From contig NC_043010.1 in NCBI RefSeq assembly GCF_006345805.1, positions 45,012,001 through 45,076,000 of the forward strand: DNA of 64,000 bases, given 5' to 3'. Below the pieces are notes generated by a model that was given only the letters and a program-made list of their open reading frames with translations, was not told the DNA's origin and did not search any database. A program made the position numbers and the translations under genes. Shown one piece after another: positions 28,128 through 42,687 of the stretch. This DNA comes from Octopus sinensis. Taxonomy: Eukaryota. Positions within the stretch are counted from its first letter, which is position 1. Every line of letters starts with the position of its first letter.

Positions 28128-29729
28128 AAAACAGTTTAATTCAGAATCCTTGGTACTCTGAGTTTCAAGCGCGTGGCTAGTCTTCGGCCATTGGAGTCTG
28201 AATGAGAGATCGATTGAAGAGAGTCGCTGTTTATTACTGGACGTTAGCCTGTGATTGGTCGACAAAGGTCACGTGGTATTAATGTCAGTATTTTAGTATT
28301 TTAGTGACAGCAGTTAGATGGAAAATACCGCATGGTGATCAGGAAATCGACTGCGTGGTGAACAGGGAATCTTGTGTATTCCCGTATGTAAAATACAAAT
28401 ACGCAAAACATTTTCTGATAACACCCTAAAATAAAAATGTTAGGAGAGGTTATATAGCGTAGGTAAAGCAGGATTTCACCCATGTCGGTATGAAATCCAT
28501 GCATTTACCAATAGGTGGAAAAGAGAATTTGTAAGTTGCTGACGATAATATATCTCATGTGAAACTGTGGACCGTAGATTATCTAGTTGCTTTCTGAAGA
28601 CATCCACAACCCTATTTTATATGGCTCTGAAGACTTTGGATGAAATATTGAAAGGCTTCAAACATTGAAATGTTGCAATGTAAGGTTATAAACCTGGATG
28701 CCCAGGGTAGGATGGAACTATGCTACGGTGATCCTTTCGGGATTAGTATCGCAAAGAAAGACAAAGTCTGATGTGAGTACTTCTAGAACTTATGTGTGTG
28801 CATAAGTGTGTATGTATATGTCTGGGCATATATGTATATATATATAGAAATACACATACAAACATATATATATATATATCTATATGTATATCTATATATG
28901 TATATATATATATATATATATATGTTGTATATATATATGTATATGTTATAGATATATATGTATATATATATGGTATATATATATATGTATATATATGTAT
29001 ATATATATATGTATATATATATGTATATATATATGTATATATATATATGTATATGTATGTAATATGTATATATATATATATATGTGTTGTGTGTATATAT
29101 GTAATATATGTTATATATATGTATATATATGTATGTTATATATATGTATATATATTTATAGTATATATATATGTTATATATATATGTATATATATATATA
29201 TATATTATATATATATATTATATCTATATATATAATATATATATTATCTATATATAATATATATCTATAGGGAGAATTCACAAAAAACAAAAGACGAAGA
29301 CAGTGGTGTACACAACAGATTATTAGTTTAACGCTCGGGAATGTTTCGAGCCTACACTCTTCGACAGAAAGGAACACAGAACGAAACAAGGAGAGAAAAT
29401 AGAACAACCAGAGTAGGAAGAAACGACAATAGGAAAAAGCAGAAAGTACAAAAAAAGTTTAGAAATTATTAAAAAAAATTACGAAAAGTTAAAAAGGTTC
29501 AAAAGCTTTGAACGTCATGGTGTATTTGAGCGATTTTTCATCAACAGAGGTGTCCAGTGTAATCCATGTGCAGGAGAGGTGCACCTGAAGTGTACGATAG
29601 CAGAAAGTCCAGGTAGAGAATCTGTAAAAGTTCGTTGGGTGATGAGAAGAGACAGGATCAACTGGTGCGACCACGTGAGCGTGTAATATATGGGAAGAAT
29701 TCATATATATGCATACATATATATGTGTG

Positions 29730-30090
29730 AGTGGGAGCAGGAGTAGCTGTGTGGTAAGAAGCTTGCTTCCCAACCACATGGTCTCGTGTTCAGTCCCACT
29801 GCGTGGCACCTTGGAAAAGTGTCTTCTATTATAGTTTTGGCCGAGCAAACACTTGTGAGTGGATTTGGTAGACGGACACTGAACGAAGTCTATCGTATAT
29901 GTGTGTGTGCTTGTGTGTGTGACTCTGTGTGTGTGTCACAATCGATGTGGTGTGTTTACGTCCCCCGTAGCTTAGCAGTTCGGCAAAAGAGATAGAAATA
30001 GTACTAGGCTTACAAAGAATAGGTCGACTAAGACCGTTCAAGGCGGTGCTACAACATTGCTGCAGTCAAATGACTAAAGCAAGTAAAAGA
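29730..30090 (+). mobile_element. SINE family A, older copy (others at ~20090-20460, 41890-42275 (-), 48945-49102, 53626-54087, 55545-55810 and 62540-62650)
   Basis: Shared head, body and tail motifs with 24490-24900. Confidence 0.8.
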
Positions 30091-30124
30091 ATTATATATA
30101 TATTATATATATATATATATATTA

Positions 30125-30203
<79 letters not shown>

Positions 30204-30434
30204 CACACACATATATACACATGCATATATATATAGATATTCATACATATACATATATATACATGCATATATATATGCACACAATATACAACATATATAT
30301 AAAACATATATATATACATACATATGTATACATATTTATATATATATACACACACACATATATATATTATTCATATATATATGCATATATATACCTGCAT
30401 ATACATATATACGTATATATATATATATACATGC

Positions 30435-30481
<47 letters not shown>

Positions 30482-30505
30482 TTACACACACACACACACA
30501 AATAC

Positions 30506-30556
<51 letters not shown>

Positions 30557-31021
30557 CTCATACATTATATAGTGAGAATTTATAAAAACCAAAGACGAAG
30601 ACGGGTGTGTAAACAACAAGCAGATGTATTATTTTATCGCTAGGGAAGTGAGAAAGTCTTTTACATTTCAAGCATATGCTCTTCAACAGAATGGAACACA
30701 GAAAGAAACAGGGAGAGAAAATAGAAAAAGTGTTATTGGTTAGCGATCTATCATGTCGAATGCCGGACAGAGCGCACACACAGGAAAGGTTGGCAGAAGT
30801 GGAGATAATAAAGTAGTGGTGATCTCAAAACGAAGGGACGTGTATATTTGTGTATATATGTGAGTATATATACATATATATGTGTCTTTATACGTATATT
30901 TATAGGTGTGTGTATATATATGTATATATATATGTGTATATATGTGTATATATACATCTATGTATATATTTTTGTATATATATGTATGTGTGTATATGTA
31001 TATATTTATGTATGTATATGT

Positions 31022-31965
31022 GATGGAGATTGAAAAAAGGATGCAACAATCCTATGTGAGTGAGAAATCAGACAAAGAAGCCTGGGTTATAAAAAACATT
31101 AAGTCAATCCCAAAAGCCTTCTTTTATTATGCCAAAGAAACAGCCTCAGTACGTTGCGAGATAGGACCCCTCTTCCTAAAAAATGGCTCACTCTCAGACA
31201 ATCCAACGAGGATCAGTGAGGTACGGAAAGACCAGTTCTAAAGTGTCTTTACCACCCCATTGGTATACAGACAAGTGAACGAACCAGTGGACTTCTTTGC
31301 CGCCTCACCTATAACTAGTTCAAAAGTGTCTTTACTCCGCCGTTGGAAAACGGGCAAGTGAACGAACTAGTAAACGTCTTTGCCACCTTCACCTACAACC
31401 AGCGAGGCAGTTACGATGGAATACATCGACATTAGCGAAGAAGATATACTACTAGCCATAGATGAAATGGATACAAACTCAACTGCTGGTCCAGATGGTT
31501 TTTCCAGCAATCCTCCTCAAATCGTGTAAGCATGTCCTGGCAAAACCCCTCCAGATTCTCTTCCAGAGCATTCTTGCAAATGGCAGACTGCCAAGCAAGC
31601 TGAAGGAGGAAATAATATGCCCAAGCCATAAAGAGGGAAGTAGAGCAGATGCCAAAAACTATAGGCATATTTTTCTGACTTCACACGTCAGCAAAGTCAT
31701 TCAGAGGAAAACTAATTGCATTCCTTGAAGAAAATAACTTGCTGAGTGATACCCAGCATGGATTTCGACCAGGTAGGAGCTACTTGACCCAGCTCTTACA
31801 ACATTATGACTGAGTGTTGAAGCAGTTACTCAACAACACAATGTGGACGTAATATACCTTGATTTTGCAAAAGCTTTTGACAAAGTGGATCATGGTATGA
31901 TATGCCACACACTGCGTGATCTCGACATAGCTGCAAAACTTGGAGTGTGGTTACATGACTTTCTG
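31022..31965 (+). mobile_element. CR1-clade LINE RT fragment
   Basis: PKAFFYYAK, GPDGFPAILLK, NYRHIFLTSHVSK, QHGFRPGRS and DVIYLDFAKAFDKVDH, with stops and frameshifts. Same family as 44604-47172. Confidence 0.9.
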
Positions 31966-33144
31966 AAAAATGGGTTTGTTTCATTGGTCCTTTCAAATAA
32001 CGGTCTTAAGCATACAATTGTGTTGAAGAGACAGAGAAATGAAATGTTCAATGAGAGATGGAATATGAGATAATGAGCCTGAAACAAGTGGTGTCGTTAT
32101 GTGTATGAGAGAAATAGGTGGTCTATAATTGGGTGAGAGAAAGAAAGAGGGAAAGGTATCGTAGAAGATTTTAAAATAGTGTACTTTTTATAGGTGCACA
32201 AAATCGAAATATATAACTTTACTCACGCCCAGAGAGAACTGGAGGGAGTGTAAGAGTGTATAGTGTGCAACTTAAAGACTCGGTATAGTGTACTTTAATT
32301 AGGTCCAGAAATCTAAATATATTACTAGGAACGTTCGGAAAGAGAAAGAGACAATATTTAATGGATCGAAAAATATGTATATAACACTAGGAGAGTTTAA
32401 GAAGAAAGTGGAAGAAAGAAAGAAGATACGGAATGGTGTCACTAAATGCAAAGAGGAGTCGAAGTAATAAACATTAAGGATGAGAACGTTACGAAACGAA
32501 AAAAATTTATTTAATACAAAGAAATTTTAAGAAGAGAGTGGAAGAACGAAAGAAGAAAAGTAATGGCGTCGCTATATGCAAAAAGAAATCGAAATGATAA
32601 ACGTTAAGGACGTTCGATCAGGTAGTAAATAGTACCAAATAGTAGTAATTGGCATTGTAGTGTGACAAGCCTTTTCTCTGCATAAATTTCTTTGTATGGA
32701 ACTCTGACATCTCTTTCACCCCATTTATATAAATAGAAAATCTTTGTTATCTCCTTTCATTTGTCCTTTCCTCTCAGAACCTTACAGTAGTTTGGAGCAA
32801 CTGAATTTTAGTCAGTCAGTTGATAAGCTCCACTACCTCAAATGTTCCTAAAATTTAAATCCACATCTTTGTCTATATATCTACCCTCTCTATAATGTTA
32901 CCACTTGATATGAAAATTATGTATTAATGGAAAACCTCTATTAATGGCTGATAAGTGCTCAGCATTTTAAAACTGTTGTAATACTTACAACATTTAATAA
33001 AATAATGTAGTGCGAAACGATCGTACCAAATTACCGGAGTTATTCTTGTTGCTTATTTTGATTATAATCACCCTATGGATTTATATAGATAACACCATGG
33101 AGAATTCTGGTGCATCCAAATTAAGTACCATATTCATTTGAATC

Positions 33145-33185
<41 letters not shown>

Positions 33186-33204
33186 ATCTATGTATTTGTA
33201 TATA

Positions 33205-33244
<40 letters not shown>

Positions 33245-33679
33245 GCTCAAGGGAAGCTTGGACAGGACCACCCGTGCCAGCCTCATCAACAGCATAGTTC
33301 TACCTGCAATGTTATATGGTAGTGAAACATGGATCAAGGTGATATATATATATATGCATATATATATAGTTAATTCAAACAAGAAAACACAACAACGCGA
33401 GGACGTGGAACAAATATAGTATTATTGGACGCTCAGGAAAGAAGGGAAGAAGGAGGGTTTAGCGTTTCGAGCGGAGCTCTTCGTCGGGGACATAGGAGAA
33501 GGAAAGATCCCGAGAAGGGAAGACAGAGGGAAAAAAATCGCCAACGGTACACACGAGGTCACATTTTGAAAGATCGGAAGTAGAAAGGGTGAAGAAGGTT
33601 GTTTTCAAAGACAGAAGAATTTTCAAAGACAGTATGGTAGTATGTCAAAGACAAGGAATGTGGGAGGGGGAATGTGTGT

Positions 33680-35410
33680 GGATGTGTGCGTGCGTGGAGG
33701 TCTGCGTGTGCGCGCGTGTGTGTATGTGTGCAATGACGCCACGTGTGTGTGTGTGTGTGTGTGTATGTGTGTATGGTTGTGGCTGCAAACAACTGGCTAG
33801 TAGCTGGCCAGTTTGTAACAATAAGGACTGGTGTTTTTTTGTGTCCCAGCCGCAGGTCAGATCAAAGAAGTATGTGTGTATGTGTGCGTGTATGTATATG
33901 TATCGTGTGTGTGTTTTGTTTGTAGTGAGAGTGTATGTGTGTGTGTTCGTGTGTGTATGCGTAGAGTTTGGGTGTGTGGCGAGTAACTGTGCTTAACTTA
34001 GTGTATGTGTGCGTGTGTGCTTGTACGTGCGTGCGTGTGTATATATATGTATGTATAATTGTGTGCCGTGTGTATGGGACGTATGTGTGGGTTCATTTGT
34101 GTGTGTATGTATGTGCGTGTAGTTGTGTGTGCGTGTAGTTGTGTGTGCGTGTATGTGTGCGTTTGTATGTATGTGTGTGTAAGCGTATATGGATGTATAT
34201 GCGTGTATCCGTGGGGTTGTGAGTTTTGGGTGTGTGCATTGGTGTGCGTGTGTGCGTGCGTATGTTTTTGTGTGTGTATGTGTGTGTGTGTCTGTGCCTA
34301 TATGTGTGTACATATGTGTATGTGTGCGTGCGCGTGTAGGTATATATTGTGTGTATGTATATGTATCGGTGTGTATGTGAATTTGTGTGTGTTTGTACGT
34401 GTGTATGTGTGTGTGCGTGTATTGTATATATATGTAAATGTGTGTGTGTGTGCGTGTGTGTGTACGTGCGTGCGAGTGAATGTATGTATACATGTGCGTG
34501 TGTGTACAAATGTAGAGGTTTATATGTGTGTTTATATGTTTATATGTGTGTATATATATGTATGCAAGCACACACTTTATAATTGAAAGATTGATGGAAA
34601 AAAATTGGTGTGGGTGTATGTGAATCCGCAGGCACACACATACACACACTGACGCACGCCTTCAATACAGCCAACCCCAAATGTATGTATGTATGTATGT
34701 ATGTATGTATGTATGTATGCATGTGTGTGTATGTGTGTGTGTGTGAGCATGTATGTGTGTGTATGTATGTATGTATGTATGTATGTGTGTGTGCATGTGT
34801 GTATGTATGTATGTATGTATGTGTGTATGTGTGTATGTATGTGTGTGTGTATGTATGTATGTATGTATGTGTGTGTGTATGTATGTATCTATGTATGTGT
34901 GTATGCGTGTATGTGTGTATGTGTGTATGTGTGTGTGTGTATGTGTGTATGTATGTATCTATGTATGTGTGTATGCGTGTATGTGTGTATGTGTGTATGT
35001 GTGTGTGTATGTGTGTATCTATGTATGTATATATGTATGTGTGTATGTATGTGTGTGTGTATGAATGTATGTATGTATGTGTGTGTATGTATGTATGTGT
35101 GTGTGTGAATTTATGCATGTGTGTGTGGGGGATTTTTTGGGAGTTGTGTGGGCGTAATGTACATGCGTGTGCTTGTGTGCGTGTGTGCGCTTACGTGCGT
35201 GTATGTGTGTGTGTCTCTGCTAGGTGTTTATAATTGTGTGCGTATCAGTATGAGTATTGTTTGTTGGTGTGTGTGCACGGGCATGTGTGTATGCGCGTGG
35301 GGGTGTGTGTGTATAGGTGTGGAAGTATGTGTGTGTACATGTGCACGTATGTTGTATTTTTGTGGTGTTTTGGAAGTATGTGTGTTCGTGGATACGTGAG
35401 TATGTGTGTG
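33680..35410. repeat. Long degenerate (TG)n/(TATG)n array; a second one lies at ~51960-53330
   Basis: Directly visible. Confidence 0.95.
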
Positions 35411-35459
35411 TATGTCTTTCTGTATAAGGACAAAATATATTTTTAAAAAATAATTAAAA

Positions 35460-35528
<69 letters not shown>

Positions 35529-35569
35529 GTAAAAAATATAAATAATAAATAAAATAAATAATAAAAAAA

Positions 35570-35770
35570 GTTGCTAGTGGGGAGAGGTGGAGCGCAGTCA
35601 CTAAGAGGAGGGGCTGTGTTGAGTCCGTGTGGGGTATTGGTCTGTAGAGTGAACATGAATCGTTGCTCCATGTGAAGCCTGGATTGTGGAGGACCGTTGT
35701 GTGGGGCGAGACCAAACACGGAGATGTCATCGGGGGAATGGCTGGCCGAGCGGAAGTGACGTGCTACGGG
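35570..35770 (-). mobile_element. Penelope-like GIY-YIG C-terminal fragment
   Basis: FGLAPHNGPPQSRLHMEQRFMFTLQTNTPHGLN matches the EQxxIFxLxTxxPxGLN end of PLE endonucleases. Confidence 0.65.
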
Positions 35771-35779
35771 AGAATTGGA

Positions 35780-35839
<60 letters not shown>

Positions 35840-35849
35840 TATATATATA

Positions 35850-35899
<50 letters not shown>

Positions 35900-35917
35900 T
35901 ATATATATATGTATGTG

Positions 35918-36333
35918 TATATAAGTACATTAAAAGGCTTCTAAAAGAAGTGAGTACTAGATACACAAAAATTGGATAAATTCAGTGAAATGAAAATTGA
36001 AAACGTTTACAAACTCGGTTCATCTTATGCTGCAGTTTCGTCTTTTTCAGCATTAAATATAATTTAGCGTCTGCGCAATGATCTGAAAAGTTAGAGAATG
36101 CAAATCAGAATCGCACATGCTTCTATTGATATGTGCTTCTAAGATAACAGGTTGCTTACTGAAGAATCTGACCTGAGCAGATAAATTATATTTAATGCTG
36201 AAAAAGACGAAACTGCAGTATAAGATGAACCGAGTTTGTAAACGTTTTTAATTTTCATTTCACTGAATTTATCCAATTTTTGTGTATCTAGTACTCACTT
36301 CTTCTTTTAGAAACCTTTTAATGTACTTATATA
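35918..36333. repeat. Inverted repeat (arms 35918-36066 and 36182-36333) with a degenerate hammerhead at 36155-36224 (+)
   Basis: The ~150-bp arms are near-identical. CTTA-CTGAAGA…GAAA-CTGCAG-TA-TAAG spans the spacer and right arm. Confidence 0.8.
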
Positions 36334-36489
36334 TGAATAACATATAGCCTAATGGCTAAAATGTCTTTTGTACTAGATCACCGGCAATAATAATTTATTT
36401 TATCGCCTTTTTACTATGTTTACATATGTATGTGTATATGTATATATATGTATATTTATGTATGTAGATATAAACTTAGATAAACTTAG

Positions 36490-37165
36490 ATATGTTTCGA
36501 CCAGAGATTGGTCCAGGCCATGTCTAACTTAATAGCACCACCTGATAAGATTATTCGAATCCTGTTTAAGTCAAGTTTTGTTCAAGTAGTGAGTTCTTGT
36601 TGGGTGAGTTGTATCCAGTTTTGTTCAAGTAGTGAGTTCTTGTTGGGTGAGTTGTATCCAATTATGGGTGGCTTATCTGGTATTCTTTGAAGGAATCTAT
36701 CCAGACTCTGTTTAAAGTTGATGGGATCCTTTTCCTCTTTGATCTCCCTCGGGACAATGTTAAATAGGGCAGGGCCTGTTGAGGAAAAGAAATTATGTTG
36801 CAGTGTACATGTATGTTGTGATCTTGAATTTGGCAGGGGACGTATAGCCCGTGGTCCAAGTCTTGGATGAACCTTGAAGCTAATGTTTAGGTCGTTTGGG
36901 CAAAGTTGGCGGTATATTCTCCACATCGTACAAATGATGTACCGCTCACGGCGACGCTGGAGGGAGTAAAGTTTCAAGGCTTTAAGGCGATCCCAATAAT
37001 CGAGAGCAGCCATGCCTTCAATTTGTTTAGTGAGAGCCCTCTGGGGTGACCCAATTCTGGAGATGTTTTGTCTTGTGTGAGGAGACCACAGTGGGCAGCA
37101 GTATTCAAGGTGTGGCCGTACAAAGGAGGAAAAAAGTGGTATGATGACACCTTGTTCTCTGGACC
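36490..37165 (-). mobile_element. CR1-clade LINE 3' fragment
   Basis: ORF 36582-37013: LDYWDRLKALKLYSLQRRRERY…GPALFNIVP…FKQSLDRFL. Confidence 0.88.
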
Positions 37166-37401
37166 GGAAAGTTCTTATATATATGTGTACATATATGTGT
37201 ATATATGTATATATATGTATGTATATATAAGTATATGTGTATATATAAATGCATATATATGTGTATATATATGTATATATATGTATATCTATCTATCTAT
37301 ATATATATATATATATATTTATATAGTTATATATGTATACGTATATATGTATATTTATATACAATATATATGTATATATATATGTGTACATGGATATGTA
37401 G

Positions 37402-37441
<40 letters not shown>

Positions 37442-38176
37442 ATATGTATATATATATATATATATATAATAGCTACAGCCTCTTGTGAATAGCAGTAATG
37501 TGATTAATGTGGGCAAACACCTAATCATATAACAAGGATTGATACCTACCTCATTGTGTTCAACCATTGTAAAATTTATCGCCTGTGAATATATATGAAA
37601 TTCATCTCCATTTCTCTGGAAATTTACATCTACACCATTGGAATCTGTGCATATATACAAAGGATAATTCACCCTCTCTGTAATGCTAATAAGCAGGAAT
37701 TGAGACCCACCTCGTTGTAATTAACAATGGATAAATTTGTCTTCTGTGAGTATATATCCCTCATCATATCTATGGAAATTCATATGGATTAGGTCACCTT
37801 CTCTGTGATGCTATCAAAACTTTTTAAAATTCTGTGATAAGACTGTACATCCATCTTTTAAAGAACTTTAATGAACTTTAGAAATCTGTTTAATTATCTA
37901 CATTACTTCATGAGTATAGCCTCAAACACTAGGATGTCTAGAGAACTTACATGTATTTTAGCTGATGAGTACGGGACTCGTTTATATGCTGTAATCTTTG
38001 CAACTTTTAATAAAACCTGTCCTTGTATGAAACGATCGTACTAAAAACCTATCCATTCTTGTTGCTTCTTTCTCGCGTACTATATATATATATATATATA
38101 TATGTTGGTGGTGTGTGTGTGTGTGTATGAACGTGTATATATTTATATTTGCATATATGTATGTGTATATATTTAC

Positions 38177-38227
<51 letters not shown>

Positions 38228-38320
38228 TGTACACACACATATATATGTGTGTGTATATATTTATTTGTATATATATGTATAGATATATATGTATATGCAT
38301 AGATATATAATATGTATATG

Positions 38321-38362
<42 letters not shown>

Positions 38363-39473
38363 TATATATAGCGTCGTTACGTACAGGTTATTCTATTATA
38401 TGTAAGTACACATTTTACAAAATCTTGTACGATTCTATTTCTATCCTCCCTTTCACTCTTTTTCGTTCATTCCGCTCTTCGTTCTTTCATTCCCCCTCTC
38501 TCACATTTCTTTGCCTTCTCTTCTTACTCACTTTCCCTACACTTTTCACTTCACCATGTCCCTGTCATTTATTCTCGCCCCTCCTTAATTCTTCTATCCA
38601 TCTGCTTCTACAACTCTCTCTTGTCTTTCCCCTCCTTAATTCTTTTGTTCCTCTGCTTCTATTTTTCTCTCTCTTCTCTTCCCACGTGACCGATCGGCCA
38701 AACTACTCGCTCTTTCTTCCTGAGTCTGGCCGTGGTCCGTGCAACACCGATATTCTTCTCTGTGTTTGTGAAATATTTGTATCTCTGTCGTAAGGCTTCA
38801 TTTCCACACGCGCCAGCTTAATTCAATTCATCCTTAGTCGAAAAGCACCTGTTGTTATGTCCTGTTATTATTTAAATTGTATTTTTCATTGTATTTATAT
38901 TTGTGTAACATTGTCTGTTTTTCCGTCCTTGTTTTTGTATACATTTGATGCTTTCTTCCAAGGAATCTAATGCCTTTAGCTTAGTTTTTCCTTGGGGTTG
39001 GCCAGATTGGATTAATCTCAAGAATAATCAGCCGAAATTGCGAGAATAATCTGGTTCTTGACTGAAGATAGAAAACTTCGAGTGACCCATCCTTGTTTTT
39101 TTGTATCGTCTATCTGGATATTTCGTTGTCCCTTTTTGTATTTTACACACACACATATATATGTATACATATATAGATATATATGTATATTATAGTGTAT
39201 TGTTGTGTCATTCAAAATATTTTATTCGTTACGAACAATACACAATGCTTTAAGCGAATACAATACTCTCCTATCTATATATATATATATATATATAATA
39301 ATATATATATATATATATAATAATATATATATATATATTATATATATATTATATATATTATATATATATATATCTATATACATATATATATACATATGTA
39401 TAAATATGTATATAGTTTATATTATCGTATATCATATATATTATGTATATATCTATCTATCTATCTATCTATC

Positions 39474-39519
<46 letters not shown>

Positions 39520-40479
39520 ATATATATATATATATATATAAAAACAATAATTAAGGGTTTAGTAACAAGTTGCTTCATCACATAAATGCAGTGTACATTT
39601 AAAACATAAGGAATCCACTCGTGGGATTCATCACGCTAGAAAGAACAGCTAGGTTCTATAACCACAAAATTAGGGATAAAATCTCGAAAGGAACGAAATG
39701 AGAAAATAAAAACATTTACCATCTAGTTTCCTGGGCCAATTGGTTTCTGATTTTAGCTTAGCAAATAAGATAATCTTCGCTAGGTGAAATCGTCGTCAAC
39801 AGGTACACTTTAGATTAAATATATAAAACACGAAGCAATCAATTATATGCCTCTTGTTTATACATCCTATTTTTTTCAAAATCTACTGCGCAGACGCAGC
39901 TCCTCGTCGGCAATAAAAAATGCCAACTTTTAAAATTAGAAAATTATCCAAAAACTTATAGTACTTAATTATATCGAAGGGAAATGGAAATTAATAGAAA
40001 TTTTCCAATGGCCTAGCGTGTGAAAATTTAATCCAAAGACTATGTATTACTCATAAAATACAGTGTATAATTAAAGACACAAGGAATCCACTCGTGGGAT
40101 TCATCGCGCTAGAAAGAACAGCTAGGTTCCATAACCACAAAATTAGGGATAAAATCCCGAAAGGAACGAAAAGAAAAAAATATAAAAGATAAAAACTTTT
40201 ACCATCTAGATGGAACAAGAACGCAAAACATCCACACAGTTAGGTGATAAAAAAAGGGACAGCAAAGCATCCAGATAGACGATACAAAGAGAACAAGGAC
40301 CAGTCATTCAGAGTTTTCTTTCCTTAGTCGAGTTTCAGATTATCTTTGTAATTTCGGCTGGTTATACTCAATACTGTTATTTCGGCTGGTTATGCTCAAG
40401 ATTGTTATACGCAAGATTATTGTTTCGGCTGGTTATATATTTCGGCTGGATAATCAAGTTAAAACAAATATTAGTAAAG

Positions 40480-41800
40480 AGATATTAAACTAATTGATTT
40501 ATTATAGATATTAAAAAATATATAACATTTTTTCTAGTAATAATTTTGGAGTTGGTTATTCTACTACTAATAATGATGGTAACGTTAGCTTTTACATTAA
40601 CAAATTAAATAATTATTCCAATAATAATAAAGACCAGAATATATTGTACATGTAGAGATAAGACAAAATGTAAATTTAAAAATAAATGTAATTTGGATGA
40701 TGCAGTATATAAATGTGTAGTGACTTTGATTGATGGTAATATTAATACGAAGAGGTATAATTTAAATGCGATTTACGTGGGGACAACTTCTAATAAATCA
40801 AATTAAGTTTGGCTCAACACATGCATTCATTTGAGAATAAAACATTGATTAATTCTACTGGCCTTAGCAAATATATTTGGGAATTGAAATCTAAATGGAT
40901 TAAGTATAATTTAAATTGGGAGATAGTTTGTAAAGCTAGATTTTATCGAATAGGCAATAATTTTTGTTTACTATGTACAAATGAATTTATGGAGATATTA
41001 CTATCTAATAATAAAAAATTGATTAATTTCCAAGATGAGCGAAAAATTAAATGTAGATATAAGTTGAATTTTATAATAAGTGTAGCTAATTTGTGTATAT
41101 ATTTAAACCCGGATTTATGTTACTAATTTTTGTAGTTATAATTTGTAGAAGTATAATGAGTAGAAATTAGCAGTAGATTATGTAGTATATATTGCATAAT
41201 TGAAATATAAATTAAACCAACGTGTTTATAAAATAAATAAATAAATTAATGAACATAGATTAAGTTATCGAAATTTATTTTATTTTATGTATTTTATGTA
41301 TTTTAGTTTTAAATTATTGAGAATTTAGAATTTTTCCTGTGAATGGTATATTACATGTAGTTTATTTCTTATTTCCACAGCTAAAATACATATTTCTATC
41401 TATTTATTCTATAGTTATTATCTACGTCATGTTTTCACGTGATAAATTTCTAGGTTCTAAGTTTAACGTTTAAAATTTCAGTTAACTGGTATTCATCAAT
41501 AAGATAAGTTATGTTTTTATTTTTCATTACTATTCTTAAATTTCGATTATTTATTGTTACGATATGTATATTTCTATATTTATTTGTTAATTATTATATG
41601 TTTAGAAACATTTATTATTTAGATACATTTATTTTATTATTATTTTAGACTTGAAGAGTGGCTATAATTTTAAATGGAATTAATTTTAATGGTATCAATT
41701 ATATTATTATCGATTTAAAGATATAGTCACGAAACGCGCGTAGTCAATTTACTGTTTATTTAATTTAGTGATTTTTTGAATAATATTTATTATAGTATAT
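40480..41800 (+). mobile_element. Penelope-like element 3' half: GIY-YIG endonuclease relic plus terminal repeat with hammerhead (41648-41745)
   Basis: IYVGTT precedes ORF 40809-41126 (QHMHSF…TGLSKYIWELK…WEIVCKARFY…CLLC…KCRYK). Downstream lies GAC-TTGAAGA-GTGGCTA…TAGTCAC-GAAA-CGCGCG-TA-GTC. Confidence 0.8.
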
Positions 41801-42283
41801 TTACATTTTTTCTATATGATATAGATAATGTCTTTCACTATTGAATTACTTAGAGGATATTTCTCTTAACTATATACATATGTATTACTCTTTTACTCTT
41901 TTACTTGTTTCAGTCATTTGACTGTGGCTATGCTGGAGTACCACCTTTAGTCGAGCAAATCGACCCCAGGACTTATTTTTGTAAGCCTAGTAATATCGCT
42001 CCCTTTTGCCGAAACGTTAAGTTACGGGGACATAAACACATCAGCATCGGTTGTCAAGCGATGTTGGGGAGACAAACACAGACACAGACATATACACACA
42101 CATACACATGTGTATACATATATACGACGGGTTTCTTTCAGTTTCCGTCTACCAATCTTTGTATGGCCCGAGGTTATAGTAGAAAATACTTACCCAAGGT
42201 GCCACGCAGTCGGACTGAAACCAGAACTATGTGGTTCGTAAGCAAGCTACTTACCACACAGTCACTCCTACGCCTACTATATT

Positions 42284-42321
<38 letters not shown>

Positions 42322-42330
42322 TACGTGTTG

Positions 42331-42367
<37 letters not shown>

Positions 42368-42515
42368 GTATAAATATAGGTGTTTATATATACATATATA
42401 TATACATATATATGTATATATATATATGTACATATATGTGTATATATTTATATACGTATATATATGTATATATATATGCATGTATGTATACGTATGTGTA
42501 TACATATATACATAT

Positions 42516-42547
<32 letters not shown>

Positions 42548-42627
42548 CCGTATATATATGCATATATGTATATACATACATATATTTTTATATAGATATA
42601 TATATTTATGTATACATATATGTATAC

Positions 42628-42687
<60 letters not shown>

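Noticed and set aside
28560-28780. Possible exon ending at GAT|GTGAGT
   Set aside because: I found no convincing acceptor with an open frame and no similarity to gene A exons.
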